Positions 19,001 to 28,504 of a stretch of DNA of 64,000 bases are shown here, piece after piece. Position 1 is the first letter of the stretch. Each line of letters opens with the position of its first letter. Made by a program: the position numbers and the translations under genes. The DNA is taken from positions 19,539 through 83,538 of the forward strand of contig JBBRSP010000027.1 of NCBI GenBank assembly GCA_038245295.1. The letters run 5' to 3'. The notes below the pieces were generated by a model. The model made no database searches. It was not told the origin of the DNA and was given only the letters and a program-made list of their open reading frames with translations. The stretch is from Candidatus Binatia bacterium. GTDB lineage: Bacteria > Desulfobacterota > Binatia > HRBIN30.

Positions 19001-19621
19001 TCAAACGCGACGCCGATTGTCGTCCGGATATGGGTACTCCATCTGGCGCGCCGTGGCGCGACCGATGGCTTCGCCGAAGTAGTGGGTGACGACCTGCAGA
19101 GCCATGTCGATGCCGGCCGAGATTCCGGCCGAGGTAAAGACATTCCCGTCCCGCACGACATGCTGCTGGCGTTCCACATGGACCTGCGGGAACGCTTCGG
19201 TCATCCAGTCGAGCGAACGCCAGTGGGTTGTGGCGCGGCGCCCGTCCAGCAACCCGGTTTTGCCCAGCAGCATGGCGCCGGTGCACACCGACGTGAGCGT
19301 TTCGACGGCGGCACCACGGTCGCGGATCCATTCGAGCAGCCTCGGGTTCTTGATCTCGCGACGAGTGCCCCAGCCACCCGGGATGACCAGCACGTCGAGC
19401 GGCGGCGCGCTCTCGATGCGGTGATGCGGCGCGACCGTCATGCCACCACTCGTGGCGATCGATCGCCGCGACTCGGCAATCAGATGCACCTCGAAAGGCG
19501 ACTGTTCTTCGCGGCGCTTGTCCTCGTCGAGCCGGGTCACCGAGAACACCTCGAACGGTCCGCAGAAGTCGAGAACCTCGACATCGTCAAAGATGAGAAT
19601 CCCGACCTGTTTGCGCGACAT
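19001..19621 (-). CDS. DJ-1/PfpI family protein
   Basis: EVLDFCGPFEVF, IPGG, SVCTGA, TSAGISAGID. Confidence 0.9.
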   Translation of the reverse strand: MSRKQVGILIFDDVEVLDFCGPFEVFSVTRLDEDKRREEQSPFEVHLIAESRRSIATSGGMTVAPHHRIESAPPLDVLVIPGGWGTRREIKNPRLLEWIRDRGAAVETLTSVCTGAMLLGKTGLLDGRRATTHWRSLDWMTEAFPQVHVERQQHVVRDGNVFTSAGISAGIDMALQVVTHYFGEAIGRATARQMEYPYPDDNRRRV

Positions 19622-19724
19622 CGCATCACCTCCAGATGTTGCGGAGGGTACGGCGGGAGGCGGGTAGCCGCAATGACCTAGTCCGGGGGATTTCTGCCAA
19701 ATGCTCGGCGGGGAGCCAAGCGGT

Positions 19725-22493
19725 TTAGCGAGACGGCGGTGCCGGGGCTGAGCACGAGGGCACGCTCACCTGAAACGTCGTGCCGACGCCGACGACGCTG
19801 TCGACGCTGACTTCTCCGCCGATCAGCGTGAGCAAGCGTTGGACGATATACAGGCCGAGGCCGACGCCAGAGCGGCTCTCGGTGCTGTCGGAGGCCTGTC
19901 GAAAGGCGTCGAAGACGAAGGGCAAAGCATCGGTAGCGATTCCGCAACCCGTGTCGACGATCGTGATATGGACGCCGGTGACACTGGCGCGCGCCTGCAC
20001 CGTGATGCTCCCCGCGCTGGTGAATTTGACAGCGTTACCGAGAATGTTCTTGAGGACGACGAGCAGTTTGGCTGGATCGGTGCGGATCACCGGCACGTCG
20101 TCGTCGATCTCCCAGCGAAAGGTCAACGGCGAGGCATCCTGCACGTCGCGCATATCGTCGGCGAGTTGACTCAAAAGGTGCTTGATGTCGACGTCGGCGA
20201 GATCGACACCGACGCGGCCACCCTCGAGGCGGCTCAGATCGAGGGTGGCGTTCACCAGATCGAGGAGCTCGGTGCCGCGGGCGAACACCCTTTCCATGAC
20301 AGCATACTGCTCCGCAGTGGGTGGACCGAATTCGCCGTCGCGGAGTAACTCGGCGTAACCGAGGATGACGTTGAGGGGGGTCCGTAGCTCGTGCGACATA
20401 GTAGCGACAAACTCGGACTTCAGGTGATTGGCGCGATCGAGCTCCTCGCGCACACGGAATTGGTCGACAATCAGGGACGCAATCTGCCCGATCGCGCGTG
20501 CAAGTCGCTCCTCGTGCCGTGACGCCGCCGCGGTCGGCGCGTGGAAGAGGGCCGCGATGTACCCATAGATCACTTCGCCGTGCTGCAGCGGAATACGCAC
20601 GGCACGCGCATAATTGGTCAATGCTGAGCGGAACGGCTCAGGGGCCCGGCGCAGCGGCCAGAACTCGCTGGAAACCCCGTGCGCTTCCATTTCGCGGATC
20701 AGGCGACCCAGTGCCGCGCGGCGCGGCCGCAGCGCTCGCAGCATCTCGTATTCCTCCTGGGTGTCACCGTACCCGGCGGCAACCACGAAGTTGTCCTCCG
20801 CCGCGTCTCTCAACCAGACGTGACTCACATCGCAGGGAAGGGTCTCGATGGTCAGACGGCAGAGCGCTTCCAAGGCCGACTTGAGGCTTGGCCGGCTGAT
20901 CATCTCCTGGCTGATACGAGCAACGGCCGAAGCAATCTCGGCCTCGCGCTGCTGCGCGAGGTATAGCTCGGTGGCTTCGATGCCGACGGCGGCCTGATTC
21001 CCGAGGCCGCGCAGCAGATCGATCTGGTTGGCGTCGAAGCCCCCGGCTTCTGGGCCGTGAAAGGCGATCAGTAACCCGTAGTGGCGTTCGCGAGCCCGCA
21101 GCGGTGCCGCGACGTATGCGGCGATGCCGTAGCGTTCACAAGCCGCCAAGGGGATGGCGGTCTGTGTATGGACGTCATTACAGATCAGGGGCGTGCCGGC
21201 GGCGACATGGCCGCCAAACGGTTCGCCGAGGCCGTAGGTCGTCGTCGCGATCTCCGCCGCGTGTTCCGGCGATAGACCGTGGTGCGCCTGAAGGCGATAG
21301 AGACCGGCCTGAAGATCGAGCAAATAGGCAAGGACTATCTTTGCCCCGACCGCCGCGGCCGTACACGACAGAACCGTATTCAACAAGGAGTGGCGGTCGA
21401 GTTTGCCGCTGAGGCGTTCGGCGAGATCCAACAAGGTTCGCGTATAGCCCTCGGCGCGCTTACGCTCGGTAATATCGCGCGACGTGATGATTCCGGTAAA
21501 CGTCCCATTCGTGTCCACGGTACTCGAGCCGAAGGCCTCGAACCAGCGCCATGTCCCGTCACGATGCTGAGCCCGAAATTCGAGGCTTGGTTTAGCGCCG
21601 GGCGTGCGGACAGCCCGCACGGCGGCGCTGCGGACATCCGCTACGTCGTCCGGATGAACGAGCTCGTAAAGGGTTCTGCCTTCCAACTCACTCGGCGTGT
21701 AGCCGATGGCTCGTTGGTGCGACGGCGTAGCGTAGCGGATGGTACCGTCGGCATTGAGGATGGCGATCAGATCCTGCGCGTTGGTGGTGAGCAGATGGAA
21801 ATGCTCCGAGCGGACTTCATTGTCATGTTGCGCCGCGACCAACGCGGCGAAGGTGTCCTGCAGCTGCGTGTGCTGGGTGACGAGATCCTCGATGAGACCG
21901 AGATTACCGCGCAGCAAGCCCGTGAGTGCTCGGGCGCGTCTCCACCAAGGTCGCCTCCCACGTATCATGATCTCGACGGTTGCTGAGCGGTCGGTGACGT
22001 CGGAATTTACCAGTGGGCGAGCGGTATAGTCGAGGAAGGATGGGATCGACGCGAACATGCCGGCATGCAGATGGAAGAAGGGGGCGCACGCGGGATAGTC
22101 GGGGAACAGCTCCAGGTGGACGCGGTAGCGACGTTGCCCGAGTGACTCGAGGCTATGTTTCACATTGAGAAAGTACGACGGGCCAGCCCATTTAGTCGCA
22201 AACCACAGAGCCTCATGGGCATTGCGAAGCAGTCCGCGAAAGCGCAGGAGCTCGGCGAACGATGGAGTCGACATCACACGCGAGCCGATCTGGTCCATTG
22301 CCTGCGGTCCGCCGAGGATGTCGGCGAGTCGGTTCAACAGGTTTGCGTACTCGTGCCAAGCGAAGCGTTTGCCGGGAGCGGCGAAAGCGTCGCGCTGGAG
22401 GCCTGAACCACCAAGCAACGCCGACTGGCTGACGCCGGCCAGATGGGCCGCGTCGATCAATTCGAGGAAGGCGCGGGCGGATACTTCGTTCAT
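19725..22493 (-). CDS. Soluble sensor histidine kinase: AraC-N-like domain, PAS, two GAF, HisKA, HATPase
   Basis: PAS (VHPDD...RDITERK), MSHELRTPLN, NAVKFT, DTGCGI, GVGLGL. No clear TM segment. Confidence 0.9.
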   Translation of the reverse strand: MNEVSARAFLELIDAAHLAGVSQSALLGGSGLQRDAFAAPGKRFAWHEYANLLNRLADILGGPQAMDQIGSRVMSTPSFAELLRFRGLLRNAHEALWFATKWAGPSYFLNVKHSLESLGQRRYRVHLELFPDYPACAPFFHLHAGMFASIPSFLDYTARPLVNSDVTDRSATVEIMIRGRRPWWRRARALTGLLRGNLGLIEDLVTQHTQLQDTFAALVAAQHDNEVRSEHFHLLTTNAQDLIAILNADGTIRYATPSHQRAIGYTPSELEGRTLYELVHPDDVADVRSAAVRAVRTPGAKPSLEFRAQHRDGTWRWFEAFGSSTVDTNGTFTGIITSRDITERKRAEGYTRTLLDLAERLSGKLDRHSLLNTVLSCTAAAVGAKIVLAYLLDLQAGLYRLQAHHGLSPEHAAEIATTTYGLGEPFGGHVAAGTPLICNDVHTQTAIPLAACERYGIAAYVAAPLRARERHYGLLIAFHGPEAGGFDANQIDLLRGLGNQAAVGIEATELYLAQQREAEIASAVARISQEMISRPSLKSALEALCRLTIETLPCDVSHVWLRDAAEDNFVVAAGYGDTQEEYEMLRALRPRRAALGRLIREMEAHGVSSEFWPLRRAPEPFRSALTNYARAVRIPLQHGEVIYGYIAALFHAPTAAASRHEERLARAIGQIASLIVDQFRVREELDRANHLKSEFVATMSHELRTPLNVILGYAELLRDGEFGPPTAEQYAVMERVFARGTELLDLVNATLDLSRLEGGRVGVDLADVDIKHLLSQLADDMRDVQDASPLTFRWEIDDDVPVIRTDPAKLLVVLKNILGNAVKFTSAGSITVQARASVTGVHITIVDTGCGIATDALPFVFDAFRQASDSTESRSGVGLGLYIVQRLLTLIGGEVSVDSVVGVGTTFQVSVPSCSAPAPPSR

Positions 22494-22512
22494 AGCCGGC
22501 TCACGTTGGCGA

Positions 22513-22537
22513 CAGTGCCACACTCGGTGTGGCACTG
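22513..22537. promoter_or_regulatory. Perfect 11-bp palindrome between divergent kinase and sulfatase-family genes
   Basis: CAGTGCCACAC-TCG-GTGTGGCACTG. Confidence 0.45.
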
Positions 22538-22615
22538 CCAATCGTCGGATTCGGAGACAAATGCCGATGACGAGCGTTTGACGATTCGATGTCGGACGCA
22601 TTAAGAGTATGCGCA

Positions 22616-24508
22616 ATGACTGAGATTGGGGTGCGGCGGCGCCTGACGGTGTGGGGCGATGTCTGGCGTTGGATGGCGGCTCAGTGCGGCGCGTTTCTCA
22701 TGATCAGCCTCTACGTAAAGATGGTTCAGATCGGGCTGACCCCGGAATATCAAGATTTATCGATCGGCTTGGCGCGCACGGTATTCGACACGATGCGCTT
22801 CTGTGTCAGCGAGGTCGCCGTCGGCTTGGCCCTGCTCTCGGCTTGCGTGCTCGGAGCGCGGGCCTATCCCACCCCCAGCGCCGCGCTGAGCCTACCATTG
22901 CGCCTGTTTGGTCTCATCGTGCTGCCGATTCTATCGCTTACCGAAGTGATGGGCCTGGCTCATTACGCCTACTTCCTGACCCCGATCGGTCCGGAGGAAG
23001 TGAAGACCGTTGTTTTCGCTCCCATGTTGATCAGCTCGTCCAACGTCCTGCATTCTCCGGCCATCGCCGGTGGCCTCATCCTCGGCCTGATCGCCTACCT
23101 GGCGGCGCCCTGGGTTCTGCGCCGACAGGACCCATCGTGGTTGTCCCTGGACGGTCAACGGTTGCCTGCCGCAACGGCAGTGGCCTTCCTGCTTCTGTTC
23201 ACGCCGGCGCCTCCGGTCAGTGACGCGATCCTGGCTCCTCACCCGGCGATCTGGCTGTTCGCCGGGCAACGCCCCAAGCCGGCGTGGGCGACGGTCGGTG
23301 ATCAACGCCTGACGCCTGATGCGGTCGCGTTCTTACCGCGGCGCTCTGCCGCGGCGCACCTCCGCGTCAGCGAGCGGCCGAGCAATGTTTTGATCCTCTT
23401 GCTGGAGTCGACGCGCTTCGACAGCCTCGCGCTATTCGACGCCAAGGCAACAACTGGGCGTTCGCTCCTGCCGTTCCGAGACCAGGCCGTTCTCTTCGAG
23501 CAAGTGTACGCGCCGGTGCCAACCTCGGCGCACGCGATGTTTTCGCTCCTCTATGGCATGTATCCCTACGTGGGGGCTTTCTGGGCCAACTCGGGGAAAG
23601 CCGTTGCTGCCGATTCGATGGCCAGCCTGTTTCAGCGCGCCGGCTACAACACGCAGCTCTATATGACCTCGGACCTTAGCTACGACAACGTTCGCAGCTA
23701 CGCGGCGACCGGTTTCGAACGGGTGCTCGACGTCAATGCTTGGCCCGGACAAGAGCAGTATGAAATGCTGCCCTGGGGGCGCGATGACAAGCTTCTGTTC
23801 GAACAGGTGAAACATTTTCTATCGACGCGCGACACGCGACCGTTCTTTGTGGTCGCCGGCACCAGCAACCCGCACCATCCCTACGCGGCGCGCCAGCTGC
23901 TCGGTCCCGAGTTTTCGCAAGAGGATCGCCCGGCCTACGACCGGCTGATCGATTACAATGCCGACCTGGTCGCCGATCTCTACACGTGGATGCTGGGACA
24001 GGGCATCGCCGACGACACGGCTGTGCTCGTCATGGGTGATCATGGGGAAGCGTTCGGCGACCACCGGGGTAACTATGGGCACGCTGCGTTCATCTACGAG
24101 GAGAACGTGCACGTGCCGTGTTTCCTATTACACCCACGCCGCCTCGGCCTGCCGCCGCAGGTCACGCAGTTGGGGTCGCAAATGGACATCCGCGCTACGC
24201 TCGTGGATCTGTTGGGGCTGGTCGACGACAATCCGGGCGAGGGAGTGTCGCTGCTACAGTCCGACCCCGATCGTGCGGTGATCAGCTTTACCGAGAACGG
24301 CGTCACCCATTATGCCGTACGCGACGCACAGTTCAGCTACATCTACAGCCCACACGGGGACAACGACCGCCTCTACGATCGGCGTGCCGACCTCCGCGAA
24401 CAGACCAACCTTGGGGCCGAACAGCCGTCGGTGACGGCGCACTATCGCACTCTGCTTGGTCGCTGGGAGGGACGCCATGAGCAACTCCTGGCGCGTGTCC
24501 TCCAATAG
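22616..24508 (+). CDS. Membrane-anchored sulfatase/LTA synthase family protein
   Basis: About 5 N-terminal TM helices; NVLILLLES, PTS nucleophile region, PHHPY, GDHGE, YEENVHVP. Confidence 0.85.
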   Translation: MTEIGVRRRLTVWGDVWRWMAAQCGAFLMISLYVKMVQIGLTPEYQDLSIGLARTVFDTMRFCVSEVAVGLALLSACVLGARAYPTPSAALSLPLRLFGLIVLPILSLTEVMGLAHYAYFLTPIGPEEVKTVVFAPMLISSSNVLHSPAIAGGLILGLIAYLAAPWVLRRQDPSWLSLDGQRLPAATAVAFLLLFTPAPPVSDAILAPHPAIWLFAGQRPKPAWATVGDQRLTPDAVAFLPRRSAAAHLRVSERPSNVLILLLESTRFDSLALFDAKATTGRSLLPFRDQAVLFEQVYAPVPTSAHAMFSLLYGMYPYVGAFWANSGKAVAADSMASLFQRAGYNTQLYMTSDLSYDNVRSYAATGFERVLDVNAWPGQEQYEMLPWGRDDKLLFEQVKHFLSTRDTRPFFVVAGTSNPHHPYAARQLLGPEFSQEDRPAYDRLIDYNADLVADLYTWMLGQGIADDTAVLVMGDHGEAFGDHRGNYGHAAFIYEENVHVPCFLLHPRRLGLPPQVTQLGSQMDIRATLVDLLGLVDDNPGEGVSLLQSDPDRAVISFTENGVTHYAVRDAQFSYIYSPHGDNDRLYDRRADLREQTNLGAEQPSVTAHYRTLLGRWEGRHEQLLARVLQ

Positions 24509-24512
24509 GTCG

Positions 24513-24923
24513 CTACGATCGGCGCGCCAGATCTTCGATTGCGGCGCGTAGCGCCGGGTCTACCGCCATCACAGACAAACGCGGCAGACGTACCAGATCC
24601 CAACCGCCGAAGAGCGGGTCGGCTTTGACTTCAGCTAACGTCACGGGGCGCGCCAGGCGCTCCTTGGCGGCGAGATCGATGACCAGGAGCTTCGGGTCGC
24701 CGGCTTTGGGATCGGCGAATGCCGCACCGAGGGCGGTGGCAACGCCGATCACCGCCTTCTGGTCACCGGTGTGGTAGATTAGCAGTTCATCGCCTTTGGC
24801 GATCTTGGCGAGATTGCGCAGCGCCTGGAAGTTCTTCACGCCGTCCCAGGTAGTGTGTTTGTCGCGCTCGAGGTCGTCGAACGAATAGCTCGACGGCTCT
24901 GTCTTCAGTAACCACGTGGCCAT
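24513..24923 (-). CDS. EVE domain protein
   Basis: WLLKTEPSSYS...WDGVKN.QA...YHTG...RLSV; GGAGG RBS. Confidence 0.92.
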   Translation of the reverse strand: MATWLLKTEPSSYSFDDLERDKHTTWDGVKNFQALRNLAKIAKGDELLIYHTGDQKAVIGVATALGAAFADPKAGDPKLLVIDLAAKERLARPVTLAEVKADPLFGGWDLVRLPRLSVMAVDPALRAAIEDLARRS

Positions 24924-24945
24924 GTTCACCTCCGTCGTCGAGTGG

Positions 24946-25881
24946 TCAGGCGTGCTGCGCCTGCGACGCTCGTCCGAGATAGGATTGCAGTGCCTCGGCC
25001 ACCGTGTCGGCATCGCCGGGCAATACGATGTTGAAGTTGGCGCCGGGAGCACCTCCGGTGACGAGCCGTTCGATTTTCCGAACTAGATCGTCGAAGCCGA
25101 TTTGCGCGGCGCCGGCCCGGTCACTGCTCGCGAGCCGCGCCGCGAGCTCCGTCGGAACCGTGATCTTGAGCTCGCGCTGCAGGAACTCGCAGCGTCGCGC
25201 ACTGTTGAGCGGTAACAAGGAGGGTAGAATGGGTTGGCTGATGCCGGCGGCGACGGCGCGGTCGCGGTAGCGAAAGAACGTGTCCGTGTCGGTAACGATG
25301 TTGGCGATCAAGCCATTGGCACCCGCGTCGACCTTTCGTCTCAAGAAGGCAAAGTGCTTGTCCCAGGCGCGCTCGGGGAACTCCGGATGGGCGGCGATGA
25401 AGATATCGAGGTTGCTGATCGGGTCACAGGGCGAGCCATCGATGAGCGTTCCACCGCGACATCCGGCGACCATTTGCACCAGCTCGGTGGTGTTGAAGCG
25501 GTAGGAATCCCACAGCTTCGAGTGGCCGGGCGACGGGTCGCCGCGTACGATCAACACGTCGCGCACACCTTTTAACGCCATCTCGTGCAGGTGGTAATAA
25601 ACGCTGCGCGCCGAGCCTTCATCACGCGCCGTCAGATGGATGATCAGCGGCACGTGTCCCATGGCACGCTGGACGTCTTCGACGATGGCCCACGGGCTGA
25701 ACTTGTAACTGCCGCCGGTCGAGTTGGTCACGGCGATCGCATCGAGGCCAAGCACGCGCAGTCGCCGAGCCACGCCCACCAGGCGATCGATCTCCAGGTA
25801 GAACCGCGGCGGGCTGATCTCGGCGGTGAACAGGGGCAGGCCGCGGCGCTGTTTTGCGTCGAGGATGTTCAACAGAGCCAT
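24946..25881 (-). CDS. metF: Methylenetetrahydrofolate reductase-like flavoprotein (divergent)
   Basis: EISPP, HLTARD, RGD, AAHPE, KVDAGA motifs. Confidence 0.75.
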   Translation of the reverse strand: MALLNILDAKQRRGLPLFTAEISPPRFYLEIDRLVGVARRLRVLGLDAIAVTNSTGGSYKFSPWAIVEDVQRAMGHVPLIIHLTARDEGSARSVYYHLHEMALKGVRDVLIVRGDPSPGHSKLWDSYRFNTTELVQMVAGCRGGTLIDGSPCDPISNLDIFIAAHPEFPERAWDKHFAFLRRKVDAGANGLIANIVTDTDTFFRYRDRAVAAGISQPILPSLLPLNSARRCEFLQRELKITVPTELAARLASSDRAGAAQIGFDDLVRKIERLVTGGAPGANFNIVLPGDADTVAEALQSYLGRASQAQHA

Positions 25882-25884
25882 GGC

Positions 25885-26598
25885 TCAGGGCCTTCCGTAC
25901 GTGTCGTAGAGATAGGCGACGATGTCGTCCGATTCATACATCGCCGTGTCGCTGTTCGGGTCGATCATGTATGGCACCATGATCTTTCCCCCGAGCTTCT
26001 CAAGCTTAGCGCGTTTCGGGCTGCCCTTGGGGACGTTGCGGACGACGCTGACGAGATCGAGCTCGCATAACGCCTCTCGCACTTTGCGACAAAACGGCGA
26101 GCCCTCGAAGTTGTAGACTTCGATCGGCTTGAGTTTCTTGGTGCGTTGGACGGTCGTCACGCGACCATGTCCGGCACGTACCGCGGAGGCGGCCGCCGCG
26201 CCGGCGACATCGAGGAACGACGGCACGGGGAAACGCCAGCCGGCCTGGTGACCGCCGCCATACTGTTTGTTGAGGTAGGCGATGATGTCGTCCGATTCGT
26301 AGAGCGACGTGCCCGTGTTCGCATCGACCAGGAAGGGCGCCTGGATCTTGCCGCCCAACTTGCGCAGCTCCTCGCGCCGGGCGCTGCCGCGCGCCACGGG
26401 GTTACAGACGTAGTCCAGATCCAGCTCGGAAAGGACTTCGCGCACCCGCCGGCAGAACGGGCAGGCTTCGAAATCGTAGAGCTCGAGAAGTTTCTTCGGA
26501 TCCGGACGGTCCTTGGCTGTGACGACGGGGTAGATGCCGCGCCCGAGGCGGGCGACCGAAGCGGCGAGGGAAGTGATGTTATCCAACATTCCAGGCAT
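25885..26598 (-). CDS. Protein with two GST-N/glutaredoxin-like domains
   Basis: Duplicated YxFE(A/G)(C/S)PFCRxVRE...PxxxD...YESDDI. Confidence 0.85.
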   Translation of the reverse strand: MPGMLDNITSLAASVARLGRGIYPVVTAKDRPDPKKLLELYDFEACPFCRRVREVLSELDLDYVCNPVARGSARREELRKLGGKIQAPFLVDANTGTSLYESDDIIAYLNKQYGGGHQAGWRFPVPSFLDVAGAAAASAVRAGHGRVTTVQRTKKLKPIEVYNFEGSPFCRKVREALCELDLVSVVRNVPKGSPKRAKLEKLGGKIMVPYMIDPNSDTAMYESDDIVAYLYDTYGRP

Positions 26599-26699
26599 GA
26601 GCGGACCATACAGCCCTCCCGCCTCATCGGGCAAGGTATGCGGTTGACTCGGCGGCGCTGAGTCGGCAGGTACCGTCGGCTACGAAAGCTGAGTCGCCA

Positions 26700-27737
26700 A
26701 TGGTGGATATCTTTGTCACGGGGCGCGTTTGTCTCTTTGGGGAACACTCCGATTGGGCCGGTGAGCTGCGTCGGCACGACCCGTCGTTGTCCCCGGGTGC
26801 CTGCCTTGTTGTCGGAACCGACCAGGGGTTACGGGCTCGCGCCCAGGCCAGCGCACACTTCGAGATCCGTTCGCGGATGCCGGACGGAACGGAGCACGGC
26901 CCGTTCGTGTGCGCCATGGACGGCGCCAGTCTGCGCTCCGCCGCCGAAGCTGCCGAGTTCTTCAGCTACGCCGCAGGCGTAGCCGAGGTGGTGCGGCAGC
27001 GCTTCGCCGTGGGCGGGATCTTGATCGACGTGAGCGACCGCGATCTACCGGTGCAGCGCGGTCTATCGTCATCGGCGGCCATCTGTGTTCTGGTGGCACG
27101 AGCCTTCAGCGGCGTTTACCAGTTGGGCTTGTCGCTGCGTCAGGAGATGGAGTTCGCTTATCAGGGCGAGCTGCTCACCGGGTCGCAGTGTGGTCGCATG
27201 GATCAGGCGTGCGCTTTCGGTGCCACAGCGGTGCTGTTGCGCTTTGACGGTGATCACCTCGACGTCGAGCCGTTGACCATTGGTGGTGCATTCCACCTGC
27301 TGGTTGTCGATCTGTGCGCCTACAAGGACACGCGGCGTATCCTTGCGGACTTACACGCGGCCGTCGAAGGCGGCGATGGGGCAATCCGCCACGCCCTCGG
27401 CCGCGGCAATCTGACGCTTGTCGAGGCCGCTCGACAAGCCTTGAGGCGCGGCGATGCGCCGCGCCTCGGCGCGCTGATGTCGCAAGCGCAACAGATGTTC
27501 GACGAGTGCGTGGCTCCTGCCTGTCCGAGCCAGCTGGCGGCGCCGCGATTACATGCGGTGCTCGCCAATCCGTCGGTGGCGCGCCTGGCGTATGGGGGTA
27601 AAGGCGTCGGCTCGCAGGGCGACGGGACCGCGCAGATCGTTTGCCGCGACAGCGCCGGGCGCGCGGAATTGACGGCCGTCCTCGAAGCCGTCTGCGGCGT
27701 CCGGTGTTTGCCCCTGACGCTGTTGCCGACGCCGTAA
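26700..27737 (+). CDS. GHMP kinase family protein (galactokinase/mevalonate kinase-like)
   Basis: GRVCLFGEHSD, PVQRGLSSSAA, CGRMDQ, GGKGVGSQGDG. Confidence 0.85.
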   Translation: MVDIFVTGRVCLFGEHSDWAGELRRHDPSLSPGACLVVGTDQGLRARAQASAHFEIRSRMPDGTEHGPFVCAMDGASLRSAAEAAEFFSYAAGVAEVVRQRFAVGGILIDVSDRDLPVQRGLSSSAAICVLVARAFSGVYQLGLSLRQEMEFAYQGELLTGSQCGRMDQACAFGATAVLLRFDGDHLDVEPLTIGGAFHLLVVDLCAYKDTRRILADLHAAVEGGDGAIRHALGRGNLTLVEAARQALRRGDAPRLGALMSQAQQMFDECVAPACPSQLAAPRLHAVLANPSVARLAYGGKGVGSQGDGTAQIVCRDSAGRAELTAVLEAVCGVRCLPLTLLPTP

Positions 27738-27794
27738 AACCGGCCGCTCGGACCCGGTTGCAATCGCCGCGGCCGTCAGCCTACAGACCGCCGC

Positions 27795-28259
27795 ATGGCA
27801 CTTCTACGACTCACCCACATCGGTATTTGTGTCTCTGAACCCGAACGCTCGCTCGCCTTCTATCGCGACCTGCTCGGATTCACCCTGCTGTCGGAGCTGA
27901 CGATCGCCGGCGAACCGAGCAACACACTTCTGATGCTTGACGACGTCGAGTTGCGGGCGATCTACCTGGAGCGCGATGGCACGCGTATCGAGTTGCTGCA
28001 TTACGTTAAGCCGGGCCACACGGGGGATGCGACACCGCGGCCGATGAATCGTCTTGGCCTGACACATCTGTCGTTCCGGCTTGACGATTTTGACGCAACA
28101 CTGAAGCGGTTGGCGGCCGGCGGGGTGCGAGTAATCGAGAAGAGCCGTATCGACATTCCCGCCTTCGAGGCCCATGCGGTGTTCGTTGCGGATCCAGACG
28201 GTACTCTGATCGAGCTGGTTCAGGCGCCGGGAGATCCCGCGGTGCCTCCGGGGGCCTGA
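27795..28259 (+). CDS. VOC/glyoxalase family protein
   Basis: THIGICVS...FYRDLLG...IELL...THLSF...DPDGTLIEL. Confidence 0.9.
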   Translation: MALLRLTHIGICVSEPERSLAFYRDLLGFTLLSELTIAGEPSNTLLMLDDVELRAIYLERDGTRIELLHYVKPGHTGDATPRPMNRLGLTHLSFRLDDFDATLKRLAAGGVRVIEKSRIDIPAFEAHAVFVADPDGTLIELVQAPGDPAVPPGA

Positions 28260-28329
28260 GGATTACCATTCCTTTTCACGGACTCGCTGAGTCGGGCCCG
28301 GTGGCGCACTCACGCCCACACGCACGACG

Positions 28330-28353
28330 ACAAACACAACATCTTGTGTTTGT
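28330..28353. promoter_or_regulatory. NrdR-box-like operator palindrome upstream of guaB
   Basis: ACAAACACAA-CATC-TTGTGTTTGT; core ACACAACATCTTGTGT versus consensus acaCwAtATaTwGtgt. Confidence 0.55.
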
Positions 28354-28504
28354 GCGGCAGGTGTCTTGCCATTAGTAGTTTGGCTTTGATAAGGGAATGC
28401 ATGGTTCTCACCGACATCTTGAGCGTGAAGTTTTGCCGACCCAGGCGTCGCCGGGCGGAGGGTATGGCCGAGCTGTATCGACCTGGCCAAAAAGGGGGGC
28501 GGTG

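Noticed and set aside
28390..28500. Purine riboswitch upstream of guaB
   Set aside because: No recognisable purine aptamer junction sequences or terminator. An Rfam/Infernal scan would be needed to exclude other motifs.
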